From positions 2,219,757 to 2,283,756 of the forward strand of contig OY969414.1 in the NCBI GenBank assembly GCA_963699155.1: DNA of 64,000 nucleotides. Direction: 5' to 3'. The notes beneath the pieces are model-generated. The model made no database searches. It was not told the origin of the DNA and worked only from the letters and a program-made list of their open reading frames with translations. The position numbers and the translations under genes were made by a program. This DNA comes from an uncultured Chlamydiales bacterium (GTDB taxonomy: Bacteria > Chlamydiota > Chlamydiia > Chlamydiales > JAAKFR01). Positions 8,526 through 18,403 of this stretch are shown piece by piece (the stretch's first letter is position 1; each line of letters opens with the position of its first letter).

Positions 8526-8786
8526 CTATTCTTCAGAGACAAATGGAAGGAGGCCGATAATTCGGGCTCGTTTAATCGCGATGTTGAGCAGGCGCTGGAA
8601 GTGCGCTGATACACCGGTGATGCGACGGGGAAGAATTTTACCTCGATCGGTGATGAACCGTTTGAGGGTCTCGATATCTTTGTAATCGATGGTCTTCCAG
8701 CCGGCCGCCATGAACGGACAACGCTTCGAAGAGGAGCGTTTCTTGCGAAACTCCACAATGGGAGAGTCGGACGACATCTTGCTCAT
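8526..8786 (-). CDS. rpsR: 30S ribosomal protein S18
   Basis: [25 protein letters not shown]. Confidence 0.97.
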   Translation of the reverse strand: MSKMSSDSPIVEFRKKRSSSKRCPFMAAGWKTIDYKDIETLKRFITDRGKILPRRITGVSAHFQRLLNIAIKRARIIGLLPFVSEE

Positions 8787-8798
8787 AATTTACTATCC

Positions 8799-9134
8799 TC
8801 ACTCAGGAAGTTGTTTAAATTCAATTGTTTCTCTCACCGTATCTGTTCTCAGGGTCAAAAACCTGAGCAGATCTTCGTTGAGGTGGTACTCCCTCCACAA
8901 CTGAGCAAAAGCGGTGCTCGGCGCTGTGAAGTAGAGCAGAAAGTAGTGACCCTCGCGCACGCCACGGATCTCATAGGACAGTTTTTTACGGCCCTGATCG
9001 TGGACTTTGTGGATCTCTCCACCATGCTCGGCGATCCCTGACAAGATTTTCTCGAGGCATTTCTGCCGCGCATCTTCGCTGAGGGCCGCGTTGAGGATGT
9101 ACATCCCTTCGTAAAGTTGATTTCTTTCTTTCAT
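8799..9134 (-). CDS. rpsF: 30S ribosomal protein S6
   Basis: YEGMYIL, GRKKLSYEI, EGHY; operon position. Confidence 0.97.
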   Translation of the reverse strand: MKERNQLYEGMYILNAALSEDARQKCLEKILSGIAEHGGEIHKVHDQGRKKLSYEIRGVREGHYFLLYFTAPSTAFAQLWREYHLNEDLLRFLTLRTDTVRETIEFKQLPE

Positions 9135-9136
9135 TC

Positions 9137-9772
9137 TTACCTTGCGGTTGACAATTCGCCAGCCAGCTTGCTGGCCAATTCGGCTCCCTGGGTGAGCCAG
9201 GCTTCTGCAACAGAAACCCCTTTTTCCACAAACTGGGCAAGATCAACCTGCTCAGAGAAGGTGAAACGTCCCAGGACATAATCTTCGAGGGCTTGGTTCC
9301 CCAAGCCACTTTCCAGATCCCCTTCTTGTGGTCCCACCCCCATCCGGAGGCGAGGATAATCGGGCGTGGTTAAACACGCTTCGATACTTTTTAAGCCGTT
9401 ATGCCCTCCAGGACTTCCTGAGGGGCGCAGGCGCATCGCGCCAAACTTGAGATAGACATCATCGACAACGATGAGCAGCTGCGGCAGCGCTATCTTATAA
9501 TAGTTCACTGCTTGGCGCACCGCCTGCCCACTCAAGTTCATGTAGGTGGTCGGCTTGAGCAACACCACCTTCTGTTCTTCAGCGGCGCCATTCGCTCCTT
9601 GTCCTACCTTATGGCTTCCATTAGCCACCTCTCCTGCGATGCGGCTTCCCTTTTTAAAGGCTATGCCCAGCTTGTGTGCCAGCGCATCGACCACCATAAA
9701 CCCTAAGTTATGGCGCGTCCTCTCATATTTGGAGCCTGGATTGCCAAGCCCCACAATGAGAAATAGGCCCAT
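9137..9772 (-). CDS. pth: peptidyl-tRNA hydrolase
   Basis: GLGNPG, TRHNLG, KPTTYMNLSG, GGHNGLKS. Confidence 0.97.
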   Translation of the reverse strand: MGLFLIVGLGNPGSKYERTRHNLGFMVVDALAHKLGIAFKKGSRIAGEVANGSHKVGQGANGAAEEQKVVLLKPTTYMNLSGQAVRQAVNYYKIALPQLLIVVDDVYLKFGAMRLRPSGSPGGHNGLKSIEACLTTPDYPRLRMGVGPQEGDLESGLGNQALEDYVLGRFTFSEQVDLAQFVEKGVSVAEAWLTQGAELASKLAGELSTAR

Positions 9773-9824
9773 CGTTAACCCTCAAAGCAAAAAAATGGCA
9801 GCTCTCCAAAAAAAACTCCCATCG

Positions 9825-10382
9825 CTATTTTCTCGCGATGATGATGGCCACCTCTTTGAGGCTCATGCGCGGACGCACTCCTTTGGGCATCGTGAGGACG
9901 CTCAGCTTCTTCATCTGCCCGAGTCCCATGTCTCTGACATCGATCTCAAACTCCGAAGGAATATCTTTTGGCAAACAGCTGACAGGGATATGGCGCACCA
10001 CTTGGCGAATAACACCGCCCAATTTAACACCGGCACAGTCATTTATGTTGATGCACTGAATAGGGATATTGAGGTTGACAGGCAGATCCTTATGCAGCTC
10101 TTCGAAGTCGATGTGAATCACATCATAGGTGATGATGTTGTACTGGATATCTTTGACGATCGCATTGATTTTTTTCCCATCGAGAGTCAGCTCGAAAACT
10201 TTTGAGGAGAGAGTTCCCGTCGGGGTGGTATTGAGAATTTTTTTGAATGCAATCCCTTCGACAACAATTTCTTGCCCCTTTTCTCCTTTAGAATAGAGAA
10301 CCGCGGGGACATTTCCGGCACGGCGGATCTCTTTATTTTGTGACTTGCTGCCTGGGGTGCGTTTCTTAATTGTGAGTTTCAT
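9825..10382 (-). CDS. rplY: 50S ribosomal protein L25/Ctc
   Basis: RRAGNVPAVLY, HIDF, GVKLGG. Confidence 0.95.
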   Translation of the reverse strand: MKLTIKKRTPGSKSQNKEIRRAGNVPAVLYSKGEKGQEIVVEGIAFKKILNTTPTGTLSSKVFELTLDGKKINAIVKDIQYNIITYDVIHIDFEELHKDLPVNLNIPIQCININDCAGVKLGGVIRQVVRHIPVSCLPKDIPSEFEIDVRDMGLGQMKKLSVLTMPKGVRPRMSLKEVAIIIARK

Positions 10383-10428
10383 GACCTTCTCCCATTGTAA
10401 AAAGCGGTAGTATAGAACAGAGAGGATT

Positions 10429-11367
10429 TTAATTAAAGATCGATGAAATGGAGTCGGCCGAGATGATGCAGCGCATCGCTTCGCCTAAGAGGGGAGCTGT
10501 AGAGAGGAGCTCGATTTTGGGGGAGTGTTGACTCTCTAGTAGAGGGATCGTGTTGGTAAAGTAAATTTTTTCAATGGGAGATTTATTGATTTTTTCGACC
10601 GCACCACTCACTAATAAACCATGGGTGAAAGCTGCGAAAATACGTTTGGCACCATAGCGAGCGCACGTTTCGGCTGCTGTCACCAGAGTGCCCGCAGTGG
10701 AACAGAGGTCGTCGACGAGAACGACATCTCTCCCCTTCACATCGGAGCCGATGATGGAGGTGATGCTCACCTCTTCGGTGCTGACCCGCCGTTTATCCAT
10801 GACTGCAAACTCGGTATGAAGGTGATTCGAATAGGCGCGGGCGATCTTGATCGCGCCTAGGTCGGGGGCCATGATGACAAAATCTTTCAGATGGAGTTTC
10901 GCAATCTCTTCGGCCAAGAGAGGACGGGCATAGAGGTTGTCGACAGGGACGTCAAAAAAACCTTGAATCTGACCCGCGTGGAGATCCATCGTCAGGACCC
11001 GTGTTGCCCCCGCTGTCGCGATCAGATCGGCCACCAACTTGGCCGAAATCGGCACACGCGGCTTATCTTTTCGGTCTTGACGACTGTAACCAAAGTAGGG
11101 GATGACGGCAACGATGCTCTTGGCGGAGGCCCGCTTCAGCGCATCGATCATGATCAACATTTCCATCAGATAGTAGTTGGGGTCACGTGCAATGGACTGG
11201 ACGACAAAGACATCACGCCCCCTCACATTTTCTTGGATCTGGAGATAGATCTCGCCATCAGGGAAGGGCTCAAAATTGACTTTACCGAGAGCAATGCCAA
11301 GATAACGGGCTAGTTCAGCAGCCAATGTAGGATGGGAGGTGCCGGAGAAGACGGTAAACGTTTGCAT
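10429..11367 (-). CDS. prs: ribose-phosphate pyrophosphokinase
   Basis: FPDGE, PYFGYSRQDRK, DLHAGQIQGFF, VDDLCSTAGT. Confidence 0.97.
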   Translation of the reverse strand: MQTFTVFSGTSHPTLAAELARYLGIALGKVNFEPFPDGEIYLQIQENVRGRDVFVVQSIARDPNYYLMEMLIMIDALKRASAKSIVAVIPYFGYSRQDRKDKPRVPISAKLVADLIATAGATRVLTMDLHAGQIQGFFDVPVDNLYARPLLAEEIAKLHLKDFVIMAPDLGAIKIARAYSNHLHTEFAVMDKRRVSTEEVSITSIIGSDVKGRDVVLVDDLCSTAGTLVTAAETCARYGAKRIFAAFTHGLLVSGAVEKINKSPIEKIYFTNTIPLLESQHSPKIELLSTAPLLGEAMRCIISADSISSIFN

Positions 11368-11422
11368 GATCAAATGTTTGATTGCCCCCTAGCGCTCGGT
11401 AAGCTTGGGATCTAATCAAAGT

Positions 11423-11494
11423 TTGGGGTGGAAGGGATCGAACCTCCGAATGGCGGTACCAAAAACCGCTGCCTTACCGCTTGGCGACACCCCA
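11423..11494 (-). tRNA. tRNA-Gln(TTG)
   Basis: TGGGGTGTCGCCAAGCGGTAAGGCAGCGGTTTTTGGTACCGCCATTCGGAGGTTCGATCCCTTCCACCCCAA cloverleaf; CCA not encoded. Confidence 0.97.
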
Positions 11495-11577
11495 GCAGCC
11501 GATTCATCATACTACCCGCTATCAGCCATTTTTGCCAAGTATTGCAAGATAAAGAATCGGTAGTTAGATTCCGGGCT

Positions 11578-12975
11578 ATGCAGATTATCCATGTTTCGGC
11601 TGAATTGGCGCCGGTTGCTAAAGTGGGCGGACTTGCCGATGTCATCCATGGCCTGTCACGAGCCATTATTGAAAAGCAGCACCAGGTCACGGTGGTGATG
11701 CCGAAGTACGATACGCTCAATCTCAATTGGATAAAAAATTTGGAGATCTTTGATGATCAAAAGATCCGTTTTGACAAGATCGAATGCCACAATACCCTCT
11801 GGAGAGGCAGTGTCGACGAGATCCCGGTCGTTTTCATCGAATCCCATGATCCTTACCAGTTTTTTGAACGGGGCAAAGTCTATGGCTGTCCCGATGACAT
11901 TGCCCGCTTTACCTATTTTGCACTTTCGGCTCTAGAATATCTCAAGGGCCAAAATTGCGATGTGGTCCACCTGCATGATTGGCATACCGCCTGTTTAGCC
12001 GGTTTATTGAAAGAAAAATGCCCTGAAAACGATGCTAAAGTGATTCTTACAATTCACAATTTAGCCTACCAGGGGCTCTGTACCGCTGCTGATCTTGCAA
12101 AAATCCATTGGCGCAATGAGCTTTTGCGCCAAGGTGATCACTACAACCTGCTTCAAGGGGGTATCATCTTTGCCGACCAGGTAACCACCGTCTCCCCTAC
12201 CTATGCTCAAGAGATTTTAACTCCTGAGAGTGGAGGCGCTCTTCACGAGATTCTCAATGAGTATCAAGGCAAAATCTCCGGTATCCTCAACGGCATCGAC
12301 TATGAATTCTGGAACCCACGAAAGGACCCCTTTTTGCCTTTCCACTATTCGGTGCACAAGATGGATGGGAAGGAGCGCAACAAAGAGCTCCTCAAAAAGC
12401 GTCTTTCTCTCGCAGACGAGGCTTGCCCTCTCGTCTGTGCCGTCACTCGATTAGTTCCGCAAAAAGGGCCTGAGCTGATTAAAGCTGCACTTCTCAAAAC
12501 GCTGGAATGGGGTGGCCAATTTGTTTTGCTGGGATCAGCTTCTGATGAACTTACCCACGCGCACTTTTATAACCTCAAAAGAAAGCTCTATGGCTCCAAA
12601 CATGTCCACTTTGAGCTTACCTTCAGTGAAGAGCTCTCCCATCTCGTCTTTGCTGCGAGTGACCTTTTCCTCATGCCCTCCCTTTTCGAACCGTGCGGAC
12701 TCACCCAGCAGATCGCGATGCGCTACGGCACTCTTCCCATCGCAAGAGCCACCGGCGGCCTCAAAGATACCGTGATTGAACATCACAATGGTTTCCTCTT
12801 CAGTGCCCCCACAGCAGAAGGGATCCATGCAGCGCTCGACCATGCTCTCGGCACATGGTACCACCACCCCCAGCAGTGGCGTCTCCTGGTAGAAAACGGC
12901 ATGCGCACCGACTTCAGCTGGAACAATCCCGCCGACCAATACCTACGTCTTTACCGCTCCGAGACCCTCGTTTAA
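11578..12975 (+). CDS. glgA: glycogen synthase
   Basis: KVGGLADV, HLHDWH, TIHNLAYQG, PSLFEPCGLTQ; start reset to ATG 11578. Confidence 0.97.
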   Translation: MQIIHVSAELAPVAKVGGLADVIHGLSRAIIEKQHQVTVVMPKYDTLNLNWIKNLEIFDDQKIRFDKIECHNTLWRGSVDEIPVVFIESHDPYQFFERGKVYGCPDDIARFTYFALSALEYLKGQNCDVVHLHDWHTACLAGLLKEKCPENDAKVILTIHNLAYQGLCTAADLAKIHWRNELLRQGDHYNLLQGGIIFADQVTTVSPTYAQEILTPESGGALHEILNEYQGKISGILNGIDYEFWNPRKDPFLPFHYSVHKMDGKERNKELLKKRLSLADEACPLVCAVTRLVPQKGPELIKAALLKTLEWGGQFVLLGSASDELTHAHFYNLKRKLYGSKHVHFELTFSEELSHLVFAASDLFLMPSLFEPCGLTQQIAMRYGTLPIARATGGLKDTVIEHHNGFLFSAPTAEGIHAALDHALGTWYHHPQQWRLLVENGMRTDFSWNNPADQYLRLYRSETLV

Positions 12976-13829
12976 ATTTTATAATTGAGGCCGAAGCGTA
13001 CCATATTGGTATGCAAGTTCACTCTATTGTTAAAGGTATCCAAATCTGGGATATTGCCATCAAATTGAGGAACAGCCACAAAGCCGCCACTAAATTTAAT
13101 ATCTCGAAAATGGGTATAGAGATAGGTCACAAAAGCCGATAGGCAACGACTAATGGCATACTCAACACCGGCACCCACTGTCCAGCCTGGGAGAGTCGTT
13201 GTTTTTTTTGCGATTTCTAAAGCATCAGGGAAAGGGTTTTGATCAACAGTGTTGAAATTGTCAAAATACTTCTGACGCGCCCTCAAGTTGGTAACAGCCA
13301 GTCCGCCGGTAACGAAGGTGAACCAGCGATTGCAGCTGTATCCTAAACGGGCCCTTAACGTATATAACCAATTTGTTTGGATGTGACGATTCAGGTGAAT
13401 AGTCGCTTCAGGGATATCAGCAAATGGAGCCGAAATGTGGTGACTCTTCTTGAGAAGAAATGCGTCAAAATCGGTTTCAACTCCCAAAACCATCGGACTA
13501 TAACAAAATTTCCAATTATAGCCTGCCTGCACCCCGCCGACAAAGCCTGAGGGATGTAAACGACGCTTCGCAAAGCCTGCAAGCAGCTGATGTTCTAAAG
13601 AGTCAAAATAATCACCGATATCGCCAGTCCCAGGAACTGTTGTTCTAAAATTAACATTGCCCCAGGCATAGCCACTGTTTAAACCGAAATAGAAACCAGA
13701 CCAACGCTTACTATCATAAAAATCGGGCCAAAAAGTAGATTCATAATAATCGGGCCAACGAATCCATTGCGCTGAGGCCATCTGTCCAAATAGCAGAAAT
13801 GCAATGAGTGTAAAGAGTGTGGGTTTCAT
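12972..13829 (-). CDS. outer-membrane beta-barrel protein (Omp25/RopB-like)
   Basis: Signal peptide; WSGFYFGLNSGY, GGVQAGYNW, LRARLGY, GWTVGAGVEY, terminal VRFGLNYKI. Confidence 0.85.
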   Translation of the reverse strand: MKPTLFTLIAFLLFGQMASAQWIRWPDYYESTFWPDFYDSKRWSGFYFGLNSGYAWGNVNFRTTVPGTGDIGDYFDSLEHQLLAGFAKRRLHPSGFVGGVQAGYNWKFCYSPMVLGVETDFDAFLLKKSHHISAPFADIPEATIHLNRHIQTNWLYTLRARLGYSCNRWFTFVTGGLAVTNLRARQKYFDNFNTVDQNPFPDALEIAKKTTTLPGWTVGAGVEYAISRCLSAFVTYLYTHFRDIKFSGGFVAVPQFDGNIPDLDTFNNRVNLHTNMVRFGLNYKI

Positions 13830-14005
13830 AAAAACCTCCCTATTCGTTTTCTTTATAGCGTTTCAAAGATTAAATACAATATGGTATCACCCTCTCCGAA
13901 AACGGCTCTCGCGGTGTGGAAGGCTCTTAATATTTTTTTAATTGAATTAAAATTCTAATTATATTAGAAGTAATCTTCGAATATCTTTAACTAGGTAATT
14001 TTCTC

Positions 14006-14833
14006 ATGTCTTCACGCACTGATTTTAATCAAAGAGGGTCAATGAAGCCTGTCGCGGCCCATTCAGATCAACCCTCTTTTTTAGAAGCTAATAAGGGTAA
14101 GATGACGGTTATCTTGGGTGTTGCTTTATTGGCTTTAGCTCTTTTAATTACTGGGGGTTTGTTATTTAAAACAAACCAAGTGGTTGCCTTCGGCCTCATG
14201 ATAGGAGGTGGAACTGTCGCTGTAGGAAGTTTGGTAGGCAGTGTAGTCATCTATGTACGGCATCAGCGACTCAGCAAGAATTCTGAATTCAGTGTAGTCC
14301 CAAGCCAACCTGCTGAATCGAGTGAATCTGAGGAAATAGCTGTGCACAAACTGACAAAAGCAGTAGATGGTGCCTCTACTGGCCATCAGCTTTCCGAAGA
14401 GGAACAAAGGGAATTAAGAGAGAAGATAGGAAAAGAAATCCAAAAGTATAATGCGAAGGTGGGACAAAAGGGTTATGAAAAAACGAGTGTAGGTTTTGAT
14501 AAGAGTGAACGAGGTTATCTTTTGAAGCTGTTTTTACGTAGTAAATTAAGGGATGATGCACATTTCTTAATTAAAGTAGATGAGGCTGGTCTCTTTTTGG
14601 TCTTCCCTCGTCATGCGCACCTGCTTCCTGGTGAAAATGAAAACCAATTTGAGAAACAACGGGTTTGGCCATTACTCGCCTGCAAAGTGAACCATGGAGA
14701 CTATCTTTACTTTCCCTGTGGTTTAAATGATCTTTTATTTAGTGCTATTAAAATCACTGAGTTTCTCTCTTCTGACTCTTTAAAAGAAGAACGTGCGGCT
14801 TACAAAGAGCTTTTTGGGGAAGAGCTACTCTAA
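14006..14833 (+). CDS. Inc-like protein (bilobed hydrophobic domain)
   Basis: Polar N-terminus, ~50-aa two-lobed hydrophobic stretch, charged tail. Confidence 0.7.
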   Translation: MSSRTDFNQRGSMKPVAAHSDQPSFLEANKGKMTVILGVALLALALLITGGLLFKTNQVVAFGLMIGGGTVAVGSLVGSVVIYVRHQRLSKNSEFSVVPSQPAESSESEEIAVHKLTKAVDGASTGHQLSEEEQRELREKIGKEIQKYNAKVGQKGYEKTSVGFDKSERGYLLKLFLRSKLRDDAHFLIKVDEAGLFLVFPRHAHLLPGENENQFEKQRVWPLLACKVNHGDYLYFPCGLNDLLFSAIKITEFLSSDSLKEERAAYKELFGEELL

Positions 14834-14869
14834 AATCCAAATTGCGTGTCTGTGCACGATCACGTTAAG

Positions 14870-15850
14870 TTACTGGAGAGAATTCTTGAGTTGTAGGTAG
14901 ATCTCTTCCCAGGCGGAGTGGGGGATGACGGGACCCATGACCTGGACGACGGCCCTGCCTGCGATGGCGCCATAGTGGGCGCAGATTTCGAGGGGGTAGC
15001 CACGCATGAGGCCATGGAGAAAGCCGCTGATGAAGAGATCGCCGGCTCCTGTGGTATCGAGGGGCTGGACAGGATAGGCAGGGCAATGGAGATGGAGATC
15101 ACCCTGCTTGACCCAACAGCCTTTGGGGCCCATGAGGACGATGCCGATCTCGCAACGGTCTGCGAGAAACTGCGCCCCTATCTCTGGGTCACGCTGACCT
15201 GTGAGCGCAAAGATCTCCTCTTCATTGGCAAAGATGATATCAACGTAATGATCTAAGAGATAGAGAATATGCGGGAGAAACTTCTTGACCACCTCGAAAC
15301 TGGCGAGATCGAAAGCGACTCTGGCTCCTGCGGCCTTGGCCAGCTTCATCGCGGTTTCGGTGAGATCTTCGTTAAAGAGCGTGTAGCCCTCCAGATAGAC
15401 AATTTTGGTCCCTGCAAAATGGTCCGGGTTGAGGTGTCGACCCCGAATTTCGAGGGAAGCGCCCTGGAAAGTACGAAAGGTACGTTCTCCATCGGGTGTG
15501 ACCAGTGAGAGTACGATGGCTGTCGGCGTTTCACTCTCAATCAAGAGGGGAATGATTTTTTGCTCTTCGAGGAGAGCACGGTAGGTTTTTCCACGCGGAT
15601 CGTTCCCAACCATGCCGATCAGGGCGCACTTTTCTCCGAAGCGAGAGAGGCCGTGGAGAGTATTGCGTGTGCAGCCTCCAGGAACTAAAATGGGCTCTTG
15701 GCCGCTGTGCGCGATGATGCGTTCGAGTCTCTCGAAATCGATCGGAATCATGCCCCCTTTTTGCCCCGCCATCTCGGCCAAATAACTCTCGCTCACCCGC
15801 AACAGTTGGTCCATGATTGGTCCGCCGATGCCGAGAATCTCGTACCTCAT
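14870..15850 (-). CDS. PfkB-family (adenosine/inosine-like) kinase
   Basis: PDGERTF, FANEEE, DTTGAGDLF. Confidence 0.9.
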   Translation of the reverse strand: MRYEILGIGGPIMDQLLRVSESYLAEMAGQKGGMIPIDFERLERIIAHSGQEPILVPGGCTRNTLHGLSRFGEKCALIGMVGNDPRGKTYRALLEEQKIIPLLIESETPTAIVLSLVTPDGERTFRTFQGASLEIRGRHLNPDHFAGTKIVYLEGYTLFNEDLTETAMKLAKAAGARVAFDLASFEVVKKFLPHILYLLDHYVDIIFANEEEIFALTGQRDPEIGAQFLADRCEIGIVLMGPKGCWVKQGDLHLHCPAYPVQPLDTTGAGDLFISGFLHGLMRGYPLEICAHYGAIAGRAVVQVMGPVIPHSAWEEIYLQLKNSLQ

Positions 15851-16446
15851 CCCTCTCCTTTATCGACAAGTAAGCGGAGCACATAGTTGCGATTGGCCCA
15901 GATATACTCGACTCCTGAGTAGAGTGCATAGATAGCAGAGATGGAAACGACAGTGATAGAAATCCCCCGCAGCCAAGAATAGGAGATATAGTTGAGGGAA
16001 TAGGGGATTAAGAGTAGGAGGATGATGAAGGCACTGCCTGCCTGGATCACCGCCTTGATCTTCCCTGAAGAGCGTGCGGCTAACGCAAAGCCGCGAAGGG
16101 CACAGATCGTGCGCAGGGTGCTGATCACCGAATCACGATAGAGAAAGATAAAGACAAGCAGCAGGGGAAGATTGACAGGGGGTTGGGTAAAGGTCAAAAA
16201 GACGGAGATGCGGTAAATGCTATCTGCCATCGGATCTAAAATTTTCCCCAGGTCTGTAACCTGATGAAATTTACGGGCGACATAGCCATCAAAGGCATCT
16301 GAAAGTTCCGAGATACCCAAAAGAAAGAGCAAGACATAGGGCAAAGCAACCAGGCTGATTCCCATAAGATCATGTTCCAGATAGAGGAACATGAATATGG
16401 GACTGATAAAGATCCGGATGAAAGTGAGGTAATTAGCAATGCTCAC
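15847..16446 (-). CDS. pgsA: CDP-diacylglycerol--glycerol-3-phosphate 3-phosphatidyltransferase
   Basis: ANYLTFIRI, DAFDGYVAR, GKILDPMAD. Confidence 0.93.
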   Translation of the reverse strand: MSIANYLTFIRIFISPIFMFLYLEHDLMGISLVALPYVLLFLLGISELSDAFDGYVARKFHQVTDLGKILDPMADSIYRISVFLTFTQPPVNLPLLLVFIFLYRDSVISTLRTICALRGFALAARSSGKIKAVIQAGSAFIILLLLIPYSLNYISYSWLRGISITVVSISAIYALYSGVEYIWANRNYVLRLLVDKGEG

Positions 16447-16494
16447 AGGGAATGAAAGTAACTATCCCCTCTATTAATTTGCAATAGTAGATGA

Positions 16495-17802
16495 TCAGAC
16501 AACTTCATAGGCCGATTTCATGATCACGCCCTCCATTTCCCGATCCGTCGTTTTCACCGTTTCCGAGAAATTTTTGATAATACTCGCCATTCTTTCGACA
16601 GCCGCTCTATGAGTGATTTCCTGGCCATCGACCACTACCTTTTTAGTCTCTAAACTGAGAAGGATCGCTTTCAGTTTTTCCTCTGTCCCGGCATCATGAT
16701 AGTCACCCCCAGCCAGAAGGACTAAAGAGGCCTGCATCGCCCTAACCATGGTGGCGCTTTTTCCATTAAATTTGACGGGCTCTCTGGAACGGGGTGAATT
16801 ACGAGGTGATACGAGTGGTGTAACGAGAGGCGTGACGTCGGCATTTTCACTTTTTTTGAGGGCCCACCACAACCTCCCAAATTCGTTCAGATAACCGAGC
16901 AGGAGGTGTATTTGTTGGGGCCGCTGTTCCTCACTCTTTTTGTCTAAGATGGCTGTGAAATATTTTTTGAGCTGTAAACCTTCGAGTTCCTCAAGTTCTG
17001 AGACTCTTGCTTCACCAGATTCCCAAAATTGGCAGAAGAGATCTAAGAAACCAAAATGGGTGATGAGGTTGAGTGCTACGGGAGATAGAGCGTCAACTTC
17101 ATCACCTGGTGAGAGGTAGCGGTCTGCCAAAGTCTCTTTCGCCCTCTTAAAAAAGAATTGATCGCCATCTGCTCTGATAGCTGTTTTTTTGAGAGCGACT
17201 CTTTCGGCATTTCCATTGAGATTACTTTCTAATTCATCATTCCAGAGGCTTAAGTTATGAGAGCGGTACCATTGATGGATGGTCGGATGGTTTTGGATCC
17301 TTTCATCGAGCGCATAGGCAGCAGGAGGACAAAAAATTCCTATAATTCCCGAACCCACCTCCCCTAATGCCCCTAGAAAAACCCAGCCACGCTCTTTCAT
17401 GCCTGCAGCATAAGATCCTTCAGCACAACAGAGAATAAGAGACCCTACAGCCAAGCGTAGCACCGTAATGACAAGAATCACTACACGGATAGGAAGGGCG
17501 AGCGCGTAGGCGACCATTCCAAAGATATAGAGAGCAGGATACATAGCTGGGTTACTTTCACAGCGGGACCAGGTCCATTGGGTGCTCAGCATGTTGTAAA
17601 AAAGAAATCGCCTATCGGGAACAAAAAAATTGGGTTGAGCAGCTGCTTCTACTCTCATAGCCTCTTCTTGAAGAGGTTCTGCACCGAAAATGGACAAGAC
17701 AGCTTCGACCTGATCTCTCGGAAAGAGATCATGATTCACTCTGAGAAAGTCGATGAGAACTTCCTGATCAAATCCACCCTCTACAGCAGCTGCCATACTC
17801 AC
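16495..17802 (-). CDS. hypothetical membrane protein (possibly Inc-like)
   Basis: 435-aa ORF with a long hydrophobic segment near residues 88-125. Confidence 0.7.
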   Translation of the reverse strand: MSMAAAVEGGFDQEVLIDFLRVNHDLFPRDQVEAVLSIFGAEPLQEEAMRVEAAAQPNFFVPDRRFLFYNMLSTQWTWSRCESNPAMYPALYIFGMVAYALALPIRVVILVITVLRLAVGSLILCCAEGSYAAGMKERGWVFLGALGEVGSGIIGIFCPPAAYALDERIQNHPTIHQWYRSHNLSLWNDELESNLNGNAERVALKKTAIRADGDQFFFKRAKETLADRYLSPGDEVDALSPVALNLITHFGFLDLFCQFWESGEARVSELEELEGLQLKKYFTAILDKKSEEQRPQQIHLLLGYLNEFGRLWWALKKSENADVTPLVTPLVSPRNSPRSREPVKFNGKSATMVRAMQASLVLLAGGDYHDAGTEEKLKAILLSLETKKVVVDGQEITHRAAVERMASIIKNFSETVKTTDREMEGVIMKSAYEVV

Positions 17803-17912
17803 CTCATTGCATAAAAGAACTCTTAGAATAACGAATTCTTTGTTAAGAGTGTATAAAAACTTGAGGGAAAAGAAGAGTGAGTATTAAATCAATGAAACAA
17901 CGGGAGAGAAAA

Positions 17913-18353
17913 ATGTTAAAAATTCTTTCTATTATGGTGTTTATCATGGTACAGCCCCTATTTGCCGATCATGAAATGGTCATTCAACAGGCTCAGCAGG
18001 CCCGCTCGAGAGCCTATTGCCCCTACTCCAATTACTCTGTCGGCGCAGCGCTTGTGACAACGAGTGGTGAGATCATCCAAGGCTGTAATGTCGAGAATGC
18101 CTCCTACGGCATGACCTGTTGCGCTGAGCGCTCCGCCGTTTTTGCCGCCGTTTCCCAAGGGAAACAAAATTTTAAAACCCTCGTCGTCGCCACACGAGAT
18201 GGCGGCACCCCATGCGGCGCCTGCCGTCAGGTGCTCAATGAGTTCAATCCCACTCTGGAAATCATCACTGTCGATGGCAATGGCAAAATCACCCACCAGA
18301 CCACTTTGGAGAAGCTACTGCCGACTGCTTTCGGACCACATAATCTTGAGTAA
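17913..18353 (+). CDS. cdd: cytidine deaminase (tetrameric type) with N-terminal signal-like peptide
   Basis: AYCPYS, GCNVENASY, CAERSA, PCGACRQ, LLPTAF; RBS gggag before ATG 17913. Confidence 0.92.
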   Translation: MLKILSIMVFIMVQPLFADHEMVIQQAQQARSRAYCPYSNYSVGAALVTTSGEIIQGCNVENASYGMTCCAERSAVFAAVSQGKQNFKTLVVATRDGGTPCGACRQVLNEFNPTLEIITVDGNGKITHQTTLEKLLPTAFGPHNLE

Positions 18354-18403
18354 ATGATTGCTCATTTTGAACGCTTTTTTTAGAGTTAAGGGCAAGAGGT
18401 CTG

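Noticed and set aside
8516..8758. N-terminal extension of L9
   Set aside because: It overlaps rpsR in another frame; L9 starts at 8515.
11428..11577. N-terminal extension of GlgA in the ORF track
   Set aside because: It is the antisense of tRNA-Gln; the conserved start is MQIIHVSAE at 11578.
13930..14000. Shared TTAA(A/C)A-N-TATAAT-like promoter motif upstream of candidate effectors (also ~4825, ~41070)
   Set aside because: Spacing is inconsistent and the match is expected by chance in very AT-rich DNA.
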